A program made the position numbers and the translations under genes. Under the pieces are notes generated by a model. It saw only the letters and a list, made by a program, of their open reading frames with translations, did no database searches and was not told the origin of the DNA. DNA of 64,000 nucleotides from an uncultured Bacteriovorax sp. GTDB lineage: Bacteria; Bdellovibrionota; UBA1018. Location of the stretch: NCBI GenBank assembly GCA_964432565.1, contig CAYSOA010000005.1, forward strand, positions 24,022-88,021, in the 5' to 3' direction. How positions within the stretch are numbered: position 1 is the first letter of the stretch; every line of letters starts with the position of its first letter. This document shows positions 10,448 to 20,442 of the stretch, piece after piece.

Positions 10448-13400
10448 TCAAGGTCGTCCATCCGGACGACCTCCGCCAAGATCCCGCGATAGCTCTTGGA
10501 TACGGAAGTAGAGATCCTTCATCGAGCCGATCTGGTAGGTCGCAACGAACTTCGAGTCAGGAGTAAGCTGGTACCGACTGGGATGGGCAGAGACCAGAGC
10601 GATGGCGCGGATCGGGTCGAGAGAGCTTCCTGACCCTGGAATCAGGACGATCCTTTCACGCCCTGCCGTGACGGCGTCAATTTTCAGGCGCTTGAGGTGT
10701 ACCTTGCAGCGAATCAGCCAGAGCAGATTGGTCGCCTCTTCGGGCAGGCGACCAAACCGATCCCGAAGCTCTTCCTCGAGAGAGTCCACTTCCTGATCAG
10801 ATGCGCAGGACGATAGCTTGCGATACAGGGAGAGCCGATGGTGAAGATCCGGAACATAATTTTCGGCTAGAAATGCAGGAAAGGGAGCCTTGATCTCAGG
10901 GTCATGATTCGAGCGGCGCTCCTCTTCGATCACGCCATCCCGAATCTCCCGGACGGCTTCTTCGAGAAGTTCGAGGTAGAGATCAAAGCCGACGGCCTGG
11001 ATGTTGCCCGACTGTTGGGGCCCGAGCAGCTCCCCTCCCCCCCGAATCTCGAGATCATGAGATGCGATCTGAAAGCCACTGCCCAGCTCGACGAATCGCT
11101 GGATCACATCCAGCCTCTTTTTGGCGTCGTCGGAAAGGATGCTGTTCGGCGGAACGAGCAGATAGGCGTACGCACGCTGGTCTCCGCGGCCCACCCTTCC
11201 GCGGATCTGGTAGAGCTGTGCGAGGCCGAAGGTGTCGGCCCTGTCGACGATGATGGTGTTTGCGGAGGGAAGATCGATCCCGGATTCGATGATCGTCGTG
11301 CAAACAAGGACGTTGCTTCGCTTTTCATAGAACTCGGCAATCGCCGATTCGAGCTCTGCTTCGCTCATCTGGCCATGTGCCACGGTGATTCGAGCGGCCG
11401 GCACCAGTTCGTGAAGACGGCGTGCCGTCTCCTGGATGGTTTGAACCCGGTTGTGAAGAAAGAACGCCTGTCCTCCTCTTGTGATTTCGTAGTCGAGCGC
11501 CTTACGGATCACCTCGTCATCTCGCTGAGAAACGAAGGTACGAATGGGAAGTCGATTCACGGGAGGAGTCTGGATGAGACTGATGTCACGCAGTCCAGAA
11601 AGGGACATGTGCAGGGTACGGGGAATGGGCGTGGCCGACAGCGTCAGTACCGGAATGCTGGCCTTCAATGCCTTGAGCTTCTCCTTGTGATCGACTCCGA
11701 AGCGATGCTCCTCGTCGATGACCAGCAGACCAAGATCCTTGAACCGGATGTCCTTAGACAAAAGGCGATGCGTTCCGATGATGATGTCGACGCCACCGTC
11801 TGAAAGGCGCCCGAGCACGGCTTTTTGTTCGGCCTTCGACTTGAACCTCGAGATGGATTCGACCTGGACGGCTGTGCCGAGGAGACGGCGCTTGAAGCTC
11901 ACTTCGTGCTGGTGAGCGAGGATGGTCGTGGGTACTAGAACGGCCACCTGTTTGCCGTCGCAAGCGGCACGAAATGCCGCCCGAATGGCAACTTCCGTCT
12001 TGCCGTATCCGACGTCGCCACAGATCAGTCGATCCATGATCCGTCCCTGCTGCATGTCATCGATCGTCGAGTCGATGGCTCGGGCCTGATCAGGCGTTTC
12101 TTCATAGGGAAACTTGGCCTCGAACTCTTCGAAAAGGGCGTCGCGACCCGAAAAGCGGAAGCCTTGTCGGATCTTTCGCTCGGCGTAAAGGCGCACAAGA
12201 TCGACGGCAAGCTTTCGAACCGACTCCTTGACCCGATCCCTGGTCTTTTGAAACTGCTGGGAGCCCAGACGGTCGAGTGCAGCGCTGTCGCCTGCCGCAC
12301 CATGCTTTTGGATCAGATTGAGTCGATAAACGGGCAGGTAGAGCCTGTCGCGGTTGGCGTATTCGAGCAGGAGAAAGTCGGCTGCAGCACCGGAGAGTTC
12401 GAGTCGAACCATGCCCTGGAAGCGCCCGATTCCGTGGTCAACGTGAACGATGGTATCACCGGGAGAAAGGTCAGCTAGAGCCTGAAGGCCCGCCCAACTT
12501 TCTGAGGCATCAGAGTCGGCATCCCCGGAGCGCGAACGGCTCTTCGAGCCGGAGGTTCTTTTCTCGCCAAGAATCTCGGTCTCGGTCACTACAGCCAGCC
12601 TCTCGGCGGGCCATCTGAATCCGCTTGTGAGGGATGATCGGAAGCAGACCACGTCTTCAAGCCGACTCGACAGCAGGTGCTGGAGTCTTTCAGCCTGCCC
12701 ATCGGTCGGCGCGCAGACAACCACTTGAAAGCGCTGCTCCCTCCACCGAAGCACCTTTTGACGAAAAACCTCGAGTGACTTTTGGTTGGTGTCGGTGAGG
12801 TCTTGATTCAGTCGAACGGCTACGCGATGTCGTCCTCGTGGCCGAGCATCGGGGGTTTCGTCGATGCCATGATCGGGGAGCTCTGCTGGAGCAGTGACCT
12901 CCATCACTGTGATCAGCAGCCGAGCACGCTGAAAGAGCCGACCGATATTTCTGGCCACATCGCCGAACAACACATCGGGGGCGCAAACCAGCCGACGGAG
13001 CGTGGACGGGGTCTCGATGAGTCTTGCATGAGAGTCCCTGCACTCAGACAGGAGCAGGTCAAAAGACTGCTGGCATTCGAGGTCGTCATCCACAAGTAGG
13101 TGGAAGTCATCCTGGAGGTGGTCCAGCAGGGTGGCTTGCTGATCATAGGCCAGGAAGGCCCATGTTTCTGAGAACTCGGGCGGGATACCCGAAGAAATCT
13201 GTTCGAGGAGAGGGTCCCGAAAGGTTCTTGAAATCCCCAAGTCATCGGCGATCCGTTTCAGATTCGAGCGAAGTCGGGAGGACGTTTCGGAGTTGATCAA
13301 AACCTCCCTGCAGGGGCCGACGATGATCGTTTCAAGGCTCTCTCCGACCGAGCGCTGACTCCGGGGATCAAACGCCCGAATTCGCTCAATGACGTCATCA

Positions 13401-14023
13401 AAGAGTTCAATTCGTACAGGGTGTCCGTCACCGCGGGCGGCTGGGAGATAGATGTCGATAATCTCTCCCCGTACTGAGAAGTTGCCCGGGTCTTCGACGG
13501 AATCGGCGCGAGTATAGCCCGCGGCGACAAGACGAGAGACGAGCTCTTCTCGAGATCCGATGGACATCCCAGCGCGAAGCGGCACGGACGTCCGCTCGAG
13601 AACTTCCGGAGGAATTGTTCTCAAGAGCGCGGACTGGAGGGTGGTCAGCACAATCGATGGAGACGGGCTGCTCGACCTCCGGCGCTGCAGGAGTTGAGAA
13701 AGTGCTCCTGCTCGTTGGAGTCGGGAGCGAATGGAAGGAGAAATGGAGGTAAAAAGACTGCGGTCAAACCCTGGAAACAGGAGAATGGCGGGATCGTCCT
13801 CTCCCTTCGAGGGTGGGATGAGACGGGATAGCTCCTCAAGATCGTTTGCCAGCTCGGAGGCAACCTCTTCGTCCGGGCAAAATACCAGCATCTGGCCGCC
13901 AAAGCGGCGGGAATACCGCAGAAGGAGCCATGCGCGGGAGGACCCTTCCAGCCCCGTGACCCGAACGGGGTCGCCGAGGCCTGAGCAATCCTCAAGGATT
14001 TCTTCGAGAGAACTGGTGATCAT
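10448..14023 (-). CDS. mfd: Transcription-repair coupling factor
   Basis: 1191 aa. Superfamily-2 helicase motifs ([27 protein letters not shown]), a UvrB-homology N-terminal region and a TRG/C-terminal domain. Confidence 0.9.
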   Translation of the reverse strand: MITSSLEEILEDCSGLGDPVRVTGLEGSSRAWLLLRYSRRFGGQMLVFCPDEEVASELANDLEELSRLIPPSKGEDDPAILLFPGFDRSLFTSISPSIRSRLQRAGALSQLLQRRRSSSPSPSIVLTTLQSALLRTIPPEVLERTSVPLRAGMSIGSREELVSRLVAAGYTRADSVEDPGNFSVRGEIIDIYLPAARGDGHPVRIELFDDVIERIRAFDPRSQRSVGESLETIIVGPCREVLINSETSSRLRSNLKRIADDLGISRTFRDPLLEQISSGIPPEFSETWAFLAYDQQATLLDHLQDDFHLLVDDDLECQQSFDLLLSECRDSHARLIETPSTLRRLVCAPDVLFGDVARNIGRLFQRARLLITVMEVTAPAELPDHGIDETPDARPRGRHRVAVRLNQDLTDTNQKSLEVFRQKVLRWREQRFQVVVCAPTDGQAERLQHLLSSRLEDVVCFRSSLTSGFRWPAERLAVVTETEILGEKRTSGSKSRSRSGDADSDASESWAGLQALADLSPGDTIVHVDHGIGRFQGMVRLELSGAAADFLLLEYANRDRLYLPVYRLNLIQKHGAAGDSAALDRLGSQQFQKTRDRVKESVRKLAVDLVRLYAERKIRQGFRFSGRDALFEEFEAKFPYEETPDQARAIDSTIDDMQQGRIMDRLICGDVGYGKTEVAIRAAFRAACDGKQVAVLVPTTILAHQHEVSFKRRLLGTAVQVESISRFKSKAEQKAVLGRLSDGGVDIIIGTHRLLSKDIRFKDLGLLVIDEEHRFGVDHKEKLKALKASIPVLTLSATPIPRTLHMSLSGLRDISLIQTPPVNRLPIRTFVSQRDDEVIRKALDYEITRGGQAFFLHNRVQTIQETARRLHELVPAARITVAHGQMSEAELESAIAEFYEKRSNVLVCTTIIESGIDLPSANTIIVDRADTFGLAQLYQIRGRVGRGDQRAYAYLLVPPNSILSDDAKKRLDVIQRFVELGSGFQIASHDLEIRGGGELLGPQQSGNIQAVGFDLYLELLEEAVREIRDGVIEEERRSNHDPEIKAPFPAFLAENYVPDLHHRLSLYRKLSSCASDQEVDSLEEELRDRFGRLPEEATNLLWLIRCKVHLKRLKIDAVTAGRERIVLIPGSGSSLDPIRAIALVSAHPSRYQLTPDSKFVATYQIGSMKDLYFRIQELSRDLGGGRPDGRP

Positions 14024-14047
14024 AAAATCCTCAAGAATTTACAGACC

Positions 14048-14076
14048 TTGACACACTTTTTCAACTTCAGTAGCGT
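14048..14076 (+). promoter_or_regulatory. Candidate sigma70-type promoter for the nuo-like set-1 cluster (divergent from mfd)
   Basis: Perfect TTGACA at 14048-14053, a 17-nt spacer, a weak -10 TAGCGT at 14071-14076, then SD AAGGAGAG and ATG 14104. Confidence 0.25.
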
Positions 14077-14103
14077 TTCTGCGCATCGGGATAAGGAGAG
14101 TCT

Positions 14104-14550
14104 ATGGCCGGGATGGCCGCAGGAAACCATGGGTGGTTAGATTACTCGATCTTGCTTTTTCTTGCTGCTTTTGCGGTGGCGTTGCCGTTGCTGCTTCAGT
14201 TCGGGGCCCGGCTGCTTCGCTCAAAAGAACTTCAGCGAGATAGTTCGAAAGAAGGCGACTGCTTTCATGTCGAGCGAGATATCCCGACGAACCAATCCAT
14301 TCATACTCGCTATTTTTCGGCGGTCCAGGTCGGATCAGCCTGGGCCCTTCCGCTCGGTCTCTTGATCCCCATCGCGCACCCCGAAGTAAAAGAGTCGATC
14401 TATGCCACGATTTCCCTGCTGACGATTTGTCTGACCATGGGGGTTGCTCTCATCTATTTGAATCGCAAGGGTGACCTGAAGTGGATGGACTCAACCGGTA
14501 ACCCCGCAGACGACCGGGACACTGACTCTGAAGAAGAGGGCGCCGTTTGA
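14104..14550 (+). CDS. NuoA-like small membrane subunit of a paralogous complex-I-like set (set 1)
   Basis: 148 aa, 3 TM, heads a cluster of nuo homologs. Similar to canonical NuoA at 23559 but without a recognisable FD(V/I)E motif. Has an acidic C-terminal tail. Confidence 0.5.
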   Translation: MAGMAAGNHGWLDYSILLFLAAFAVALPLLLQFGARLLRSKELQRDSSKEGDCFHVERDIPTNQSIHTRYFSAVQVGSAWALPLGLLIPIAHPEVKESIYATISLLTICLTMGVALIYLNRKGDLKWMDSTGNPADDRDTDSEEEGAV

Positions 14551-15071
14551 TGAAGTCCTGGATAAGTCGGAGGATCGAGACATTGACCCGCTGGGCGGAC
14601 GCGAGCGCCCTACGTTATTTTCACGTCAAGGGTCTGTGTTGTTCGGATGAGTTTACCCAGACCGTAGCGGCCCGCTATGATCTAGAGAGATTCGGAGCGA
14701 TGCAGGAGGCCGACCATCGATCTGCGGACGTTCTCGTGGTCAGTGGGGCGATCAGCAGTGCTGCTGCCGAGCATCTGAGAACCATTTACGCAGAGATGAC
14801 TTCACCCCGATGGGTGATTGCCATCGGCAGCTGCGCCTGTTCGGGAGGTCTCTTCTCCCCTTCCAATGGCGGTGAGGCTCTTGCTGGGGTTTCTTCGGTT
14901 ATTCCGGTCGACGTCTTTGTGGTGGGCTGCCCCCCTCGTCCCGAAGCGATCATCGATGGCTGGATCCTTCTTCAGAAGAAGATTCAGGGACAAGTCACCG
15001 ACAGGACGGTTCGGAAAAAGAAGCGTCTTCCCGACAACCTGCTTCTGCAGGAAGACGGAGGCCCCGGATGA
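14547..15071 (+). CDS. NuoB-like subunit (set 1) retaining N2-cluster cysteines
   Basis: Motifs GLCCSDEF, GSCACSGG and VGCPP align with canonical [17 protein letters not shown] and PGCPP. ATGA overlap with the upstream gene. Confidence 0.7.
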   Translation: MMKSWISRRIETLTRWADASALRYFHVKGLCCSDEFTQTVAARYDLERFGAMQEADHRSADVLVVSGAISSAAAEHLRTIYAEMTSPRWVIAIGSCACSGGLFSPSNGGEALAGVSSVIPVDVFVVGCPPRPEAIIDGWILLQKKIQGQVTDRTVRKKKRLPDNLLLQEDGGPG

Positions 15072-16186
15072 ACGAGGCAGTGCTGGCGCGCAGAATTTCC
15101 TGGAGGATCGGACCGTTTCACTCGGCCTTGCCAGGGCCATTCGTGCTGGATTTGGAACTGGACGGAGAAGTCATCGCGGAGGCCCGGGCGACGGCAGGGT
15201 ATGGCGCCCGCGGCATCGAGTCCGTGATGCGACGGCTGGGCTGGGAGCAGGGGATTCCCGTAATGGACAGGCTCGACCCTGATTCAGGGATCTTCGGGGA
15301 GTGGGCTTATTGCCTAGCCATCGAACGTGCAATGGACATTGAAGTACCCGCCCGGGCAGTGGCGACTCGAGTCCTTCTTGGCGAACTTGTTCGGGTTTCC
15401 GCCCATCTGGCCCAGCTTGCCAGGGTTGCCCGTGAGGCGGGCTCAGAGATTGTTTTTCACTTCATGCTTCGAGAGCGGGAGCTCCTGCTGGATCTGATCG
15501 AGCTGGTGACGGGGGCTCGTCACTCCCCGGCCTTCCTGAGGATCGGGGGAGTTCGCGCCGATGTCAGTGAGGGATTCCTTGAGCGGCTACAGGAGACGAG
15601 TCAGGTGATTCTTGGACGAGTCGCAGAATACAATGATCTCCTTACCTATAATCAGGCATTCGTTCGCCGTGTGTCGGGAAGGGCCGTTCTCTCGGAGCAG
15701 CTGATTCGCGAGCACGGAATCAGTGGGATACCGCTTCGTATCGTCGACGATTCATCCGACCTGAGGTGGAGGGGGGAGATCGGAGGATACGATATGGTGC
15801 CTCATCAGCCTGTTTCTGCAGGAAGCCCGCTAGGAATAGCGGGGGACCTTCATCATCGTTTCGTCTTCCGGCTTCAAGAGGTGATTCAGAGCATCCAGAT
15901 CTGCCGCGAACTTTGTCAGAACCTTCCGGGCGGAGATCTTCGGGCCGATGTGGATCTGGCAAGAGTTCCGGCCGGGCGCCATTCGGCCCGAGTGGAGGCA
16001 CCACGGGGGCTTTTTCAGGTCACCGTCGAGTCTGATGGGTCGGCGAGACCGAAGGCGATCGAGTTCAGCACGCCGTCCGACGCCCTATTCTCTGCCATTC
16101 CGAAGATCCTTCAAGGGGCCCCTCTCGAGGACTTGGGGCTCTGGCTTGCAAGTATCGACCTGCAGATAGGCGAGGTGGACCGATGA
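15068..16186 (+). CDS. NuoD-like subunit (set 1), divergent
   Basis: 372 aa. GPFH, GYGARGIE, RIGGVRADV, VEAPRG and C-terminal IGEVDR align with NuoD (49-kDa subunit / NiFe-hydrogenase large-subunit fold). Lacks the roughly 30-aa N-terminal extension of canonical NuoD. Confidence 0.65.
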   Translation: MNEAVLARRISWRIGPFHSALPGPFVLDLELDGEVIAEARATAGYGARGIESVMRRLGWEQGIPVMDRLDPDSGIFGEWAYCLAIERAMDIEVPARAVATRVLLGELVRVSAHLAQLARVAREAGSEIVFHFMLRERELLLDLIELVTGARHSPAFLRIGGVRADVSEGFLERLQETSQVILGRVAEYNDLLTYNQAFVRRVSGRAVLSEQLIREHGISGIPLRIVDDSSDLRWRGEIGGYDMVPHQPVSAGSPLGIAGDLHHRFVFRLQEVIQSIQICRELCQNLPGGDLRADVDLARVPAGRHSARVEAPRGLFQVTVESDGSARPKAIEFSTPSDALFSAIPKILQGAPLEDLGLWLASIDLQIGEVDR

Positions 16187-17193
16187 ATGATTGGTTCAAG
16201 CTCTGGGTGGATCGCTGTGCTAGCAGCGGAGTATCCGTTGCTCTCTGTCTATTGATTTGCGTCTATCTTGCTGTCTGGATGGATCTGAAGGTCGGTGCCG
16301 ACGTCCAGGCCCGCGTCGGGCCGAATCGAGCCGGTGCCGCCGGGATTCTGCAGCCACTTGCCTCCTGGATACGAGAGCTTCTCAAGTTCTCTCCACATAT
16401 TGGCGGTGCCGGCTTTCAGCGGAGCTGGTGGGCACCCATGATTCCTTTGGTGTTGATGATTGGATTGGTGCCGACTACCGGGGCCGGACCACTCCTTCGA
16501 GCGCCGATGTCCGTGTTTCTGGCCCTTTTTCTGGGTCTCTGCTTTTCGTGCCTGGGTCTGATCATGGGATGGCGCTCAGGGCGCCTGGAGGTGAGGTTTG
16601 CCTCCATTCGAGCGGCATCACTCGCGCTGGCCGCAACGCCGCCAGCCTTGATGGCCATCACAGTGGCCGGCCGTGCTGCGGGAGGATTTTCGTGGGAGGC
16701 CATCGACCAGGCTCAGGGAGCGCTGCCGATGCAGTGGATTGGTTTTTCGGGCGCCTCGGGGCTGCTTGCGTCGGTGATCTTTCTTCTCGCAGGGATGCTG
16801 CTCTTTCTAATGCCCCCCTTTTCAAGTACCGGTCGAAACCTCAAACTCCTGATGAGTGCGATGGTTGGACCTGTTGGAGCACGGCAGCTCTGGGTGGAGC
16901 TGTCTGTTCGTGGTGCGGCGACCTGCTGGATGCTGCTTGCCGCGCATCTTTTTTGGGGCGGATCAAGAATTCCGCTGTGGCTGGAGCAGTTTCTAGGACC
17001 TGCTTCGCTCGCCACCAGGACCGTCGAGCTAGGTGTCATCTCCGCTAAGGTTCTTCTAATCCACCTGTTGATGTCACTGATGTCGAGGATGATGCCGACG
17101 GTGCGATCGGATCAGGCGCATGACTTCGCCTGGCGAGTGTTGACTCCGGCGGCACTGCTTTCTCTTGTCATGATGAAGCTGGGGGGCGCGTGA
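16183..17193 (+). CDS. NuoH-like membrane subunit (set 1)
   Basis: RVGPNRAGAAGILQPLASWIRELLKF matches the NuoH motif (RxGPNxxGxxGLLQPxAD). Polytopic. Confidence 0.6.
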   Translation: MNDWFKLWVDRCASSGVSVALCLLICVYLAVWMDLKVGADVQARVGPNRAGAAGILQPLASWIRELLKFSPHIGGAGFQRSWWAPMIPLVLMIGLVPTTGAGPLLRAPMSVFLALFLGLCFSCLGLIMGWRSGRLEVRFASIRAASLALAATPPALMAITVAGRAAGGFSWEAIDQAQGALPMQWIGFSGASGLLASVIFLLAGMLLFLMPPFSSTGRNLKLLMSAMVGPVGARQLWVELSVRGAATCWMLLAAHLFWGGSRIPLWLEQFLGPASLATRTVELGVISAKVLLIHLLMSLMSRMMPTVRSDQAHDFAWRVLTPAALLSLVMMKLGGA

Positions 17194-17720
17194 AATACGG
17201 ATTCGCTGGCGCCTTTATCGACTATTGGGGTTCGGTCTATCGATCCATTGCCTCCCTTTATCGGGCAGGAAAGGCCGGCGTCGCTTACCTTCGAGTTCGA
17301 AGCGAGACCAAAAAGGAAGTGACGGAGCAGTATCCGGATCCAGTCTCGTCTCGATCCTCCGAGGAGCTTCCGCCGAGAACTCGTGGCAAACTAAGGAACG
17401 ACATCCTCCGATGCACCGGGTGCGGCGACTGTGTGCGGATCTGTCCAACCAAGAGCATTTCCATGGAGACCATGGAGGGTGCAAAGCCAGGCAAGCTCTG
17501 GATTTCGATCTTCAACATCGATCACGCGAGTTGCATCGCTTGTGGACTTTGCGTTGACGTCTGTGAGCCGAGATCTCTGGTCCATGAGCGGGTTCATCAA
17601 GGTGCCGCCGTCAGTATCGAGGAGCATCTCCTGAGTTTTGGCCGGGGGGCGGTGTCCGAGAGCATGAGGGAGCTCTGGAGAAAACAACGCGTATTGGAGA
17701 GTGAAGGAGACCACCTATGA
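17190..17720 (+). CDS. NuoI-like 2x[4Fe-4S] ferredoxin subunit (set 1)
   Basis: Two CxxCxxCxxxCP motifs (CTGCGDCVRICP and CIACGLCVDVCEP). TEQYPDP aligns to canonical TIQYPEE. Confidence 0.65.
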   Translation: MKYGFAGAFIDYWGSVYRSIASLYRAGKAGVAYLRVRSETKKEVTEQYPDPVSSRSSEELPPRTRGKLRNDILRCTGCGDCVRICPTKSISMETMEGAKPGKLWISIFNIDHASCIACGLCVDVCEPRSLVHERVHQGAAVSIEEHLLSFGRGAVSESMRELWRKQRVLESEGDHL

Positions 17721-18220
17721 ATTCCTGGGTGATTGGGGTCTCACTGGGGTTGCTCGCAGTTTCTGCAGCCATCGTGTCTCTTTGGCGGGAGCCCCGCGCC
17801 GGCGCGATCGCAGCCTGGGTCAATGGGTGTGCCGCCGCCTCGGTGATGCTTTTGTTTCAGTCCGAGGTTTTGGCTTTGTTTCTGGCAATCAACTCGACCA
17901 TCGTTGCGCTAGCCGCCTTCTTGAACTCGGACACGATGGCCCTCAAGCCGCCGGAGTCGCACCGGTCGCCTTCCGTGTTCCACGTGAAGAATTGGCTTTC
18001 GCTTCTGGCGAGCGCGGCGCTTGGGGTGACCGTGGTCGGAGTGTTTCGCAGCACGATTCCGGTGCCTTTTGACGAACTTGCCGAGACCACCGCAAATGCC
18101 CTTGTGGGAGCTTCAACCGAGGAGAACCATGTGAGTTACCAGCTGGTTGCCCTGTTGGGACTGGTTGCAACCGTTGGCGCGGCCGTCATTGCCAGGCCGG
18201 AGAGGCCCGAGAATGATTGA
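17717..18220 (+). CDS. NuoJ-like membrane subunit (set 1)
   Basis: 167 aa, hydrophobic with about 5 TM. Its position between the NuoI-like and NuoK-like genes matches canonical order. Confidence 0.45.
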   Translation: MNSWVIGVSLGLLAVSAAIVSLWREPRAGAIAAWVNGCAAASVMLLFQSEVLALFLAINSTIVALAAFLNSDTMALKPPESHRSPSVFHVKNWLSLLASAALGVTVVGVFRSTIPVPFDELAETTANALVGASTEENHVSYQLVALLGLVATVGAAVIARPERPEND

Positions 18221-18506
18221 AGTGTTTGGCGCGTTGTTCGGAATCGGGTTTTTCGGTTTGTTGACCCAGAGATCGCTGGTTTCGGTTTTGTTGAATCTTC
18301 AGGTCATGGTGACGTCGCTGGTCCTAGTGCTGGTGGTCTCATCTCAGACTTTTTCTCCAGTGAGTCGAGAGAGAGCGGGCCACGCAGCACTGGCGATTCT
18401 GCTGGTGTTTGGAATCCAGGTTGCCGCCGCGCTGGCTTACGCGACGCGGCTTCACTATCTGAGGCGACGATCAGGCATGGATGATCTGAAGTCGATGAGG
18501 CACTGA
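18213..18506 (+). CDS. NuoK-like membrane subunit (set 1) with both conserved glutamates replaced by glutamine
   Basis: ATG 18213 overlaps the upstream stop. MIEVFGALFGIGFFGLLTQRSLVSVLLNLQVMV aligns to canonical Nuo[11 protein letters not shown] appears at both positions that are E in canonical NuoK (31597). Confidence 0.55.
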   Translation: MIEVFGALFGIGFFGLLTQRSLVSVLLNLQVMVTSLVLVLVVSSQTFSPVSRERAGHAALAILLVFGIQVAAALAYATRLHYLRRRSGMDDLKSMRH

Positions 18507-18508
18507 GC

Positions 18509-20431
18509 ATGGCGCGACAGTTCTTTCCCTGGATTCTTGTGCTCGCAATCAGTCTCTCCACGGTTTTCGCAATGCTCGGCGGTGGAATTCTGAATCGCTG
18601 GAGGACGCTTTTGAGCGGGCTGTGCTGGGCCGCCTTTCTGGGTTTAATCGCGGCGGCGATGATCATCATGACGGATGGAGGTGGACCGGCGCAATGGGCT
18701 GTGGATTTCATGGCCATTCCGATCAGCGCCGATGCTGCGAGGCTTGGGGTTGAGAACTCGCTGGTAGGCGTTCTGGTCTGCTGGCTGATCGCCCTGGTCT
18801 ACGGTTACGTTTTTTTTCTGGATCCCGCGTTTGGGGACAGATCGTCGGATTTCCGGCCCCAGGGGGGCAGCCACATTCAGGGCTCTGCGTGCCTCGGGAT
18901 GGTTGCCGTCGCGTTGGCCTGGTTTTCCTCGAGTTACTGGACCCTGCTCATGGCACAGGCTCTTTCAGTTTTGGCAGGGTGGACGGTGCTCTCAAGCCTC
19001 GCAAACTCCCGACTTTCTTCGGCGCCGGCATTTGCCCAGATCTCGGTGACCTTTCTTCGAGAGAAGGCTGGCTCCATGGCGCTTTTGATCCTGGGAGGGG
19101 GAATTTGCGCTTCGTCCGGCGCTTCGTTGGACTGGACCCGCACATCGCTTCATCTTCTTCCCGTCTCCGGTGTCGCGCTGATTCTCTTTGGGTGTCTTCT
19201 TCAGATGGGGATGTTTCCCGCAATCAGCTGGAATACTCGCCTGACAGGAGGGTGCAGCCTCCCGTCGAGCGTTCGGCTCCTATTGGTCAACCCGGCACAA
19301 TGGGTCTCTTTTGTCGTTGTTCTTCGTCTGTTCGGGACAGGTACCGTCCAGTTTCAATCGCTAGCCATGCCGATTCTTGTGGCAGTTCTCTTGACTACCC
19401 TTGTGGCGTTAGTCGCCAAACCTGCTCAGGCGGCGCTCACCCATGTCAGTGCCTCCCTCTCGGGACTGGCAGTGGCGGTACTGCTTCTTGCGGGAGTCCG
19501 GCAAGGAGCAGCGTTTTTCCTGACAAGCCAGCTGCTCCTCTGGGGGGCAGCCCTATTCCTGCGTCGCCCGTCCACAGGAACCCGTCTGGGACGGATCGAT
19601 CACTGGGTGGCAGGGCTATTGCCTCTCGCAATCTGCGCGGGGCCCGGAACGGTTTCTGCCGCGGCGTTGCTCGCATTATTGGAGGGATCGAGATCCTCTA
19701 TCATCCTCTCCCTTTCTGTGGCGGCCTGGATATTCTTCTCGCTTGCGATGGTTCGAGCGATGGCTCTGGGTGCTGCACCGACCGAGGGCACAGTCGAACA
19801 GGAGCTCGGCATGACGGATCGAACCTCGGCAGGATGGCGGGCGACGCCGGCCGTTGTTTTGGCCCTGATTTCGACGTCGATTCTCTGGACGGGAGACCTT
19901 GTGGGACGATTTTCGGGCCACGAGTTCGCCCCCGTCGGGCCAAACTGGTCGGGGGCGCTCTTTGGCACCGAGACCCTCGCTTTCCGATCAGCGCCGATGG
20001 ACTCGATCGTCTGGGGCTGGATGCTCACTCTCGTGGTTTTGGTGTCAGTCGATTCGGGCAAGCGCCTCGCACGAGCTGAATTGGGATTTCTTCGACTGGC
20101 GTCGGACGGCTATCGCGTTTCGATGCTCGTCGACCGCACCCTTCAACTGATGGTGCGAGCGCTGCTTCGCGCGGACCGTGGTCTGGCCATGATTGAGGCG
20201 CACGCGACAGACCTGGCACTGGCGCGAGGGTTCGGCTGGGTCTGTAGCGCGACTGCCGCTGCAGATCGCTGGTTGAGAGATCGGTTCGATCGGTTGGTCC
20301 GTGGAGCCATTGAAATACCGGCAAAGGGTGTTCAGTTACTGCAGGCGGGAAGTGTGCAGTTCTACATTCTGTTTGCGGTTGGATTCGTTTTGGCCATGTT
20401 GCTACATTTCTGGAGCCATCTGAACAGCTGA
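18509..20431 (+). CDS. NuoL-like antiporter-family subunit (set 1), highly divergent
   Basis: 640 aa, about 14+ TM, with a long C-terminal region. Motif LAGWTVLS aligns to canonical FLGWEGVG (TM5 Glu absent). Confidence 0.5.
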   Translation: MARQFFPWILVLAISLSTVFAMLGGGILNRWRTLLSGLCWAAFLGLIAAAMIIMTDGGGPAQWAVDFMAIPISADAARLGVENSLVGVLVCWLIALVYGYVFFLDPAFGDRSSDFRPQGGSHIQGSACLGMVAVALAWFSSSYWTLLMAQALSVLAGWTVLSSLANSRLSSAPAFAQISVTFLREKAGSMALLILGGGICASSGASLDWTRTSLHLLPVSGVALILFGCLLQMGMFPAISWNTRLTGGCSLPSSVRLLLVNPAQWVSFVVVLRLFGTGTVQFQSLAMPILVAVLLTTLVALVAKPAQAALTHVSASLSGLAVAVLLLAGVRQGAAFFLTSQLLLWGAALFLRRPSTGTRLGRIDHWVAGLLPLAICAGPGTVSAAALLALLEGSRSSIILSLSVAAWIFFSLAMVRAMALGAAPTEGTVEQELGMTDRTSAGWRATPAVVLALISTSILWTGDLVGRFSGHEFAPVGPNWSGALFGTETLAFRSAPMDSIVWGWMLTLVVLVSVDSGKRLARAELGFLRLASDGYRVSMLVDRTLQLMVRALLRADRGLAMIEAHATDLALARGFGWVCSATAAADRWLRDRFDRLVRGAIEIPAKGVQLLQAGSVQFYILFAVGFVLAMLLHFWSHLNS

Positions 20432-20442
20432 GGACGCAGACA

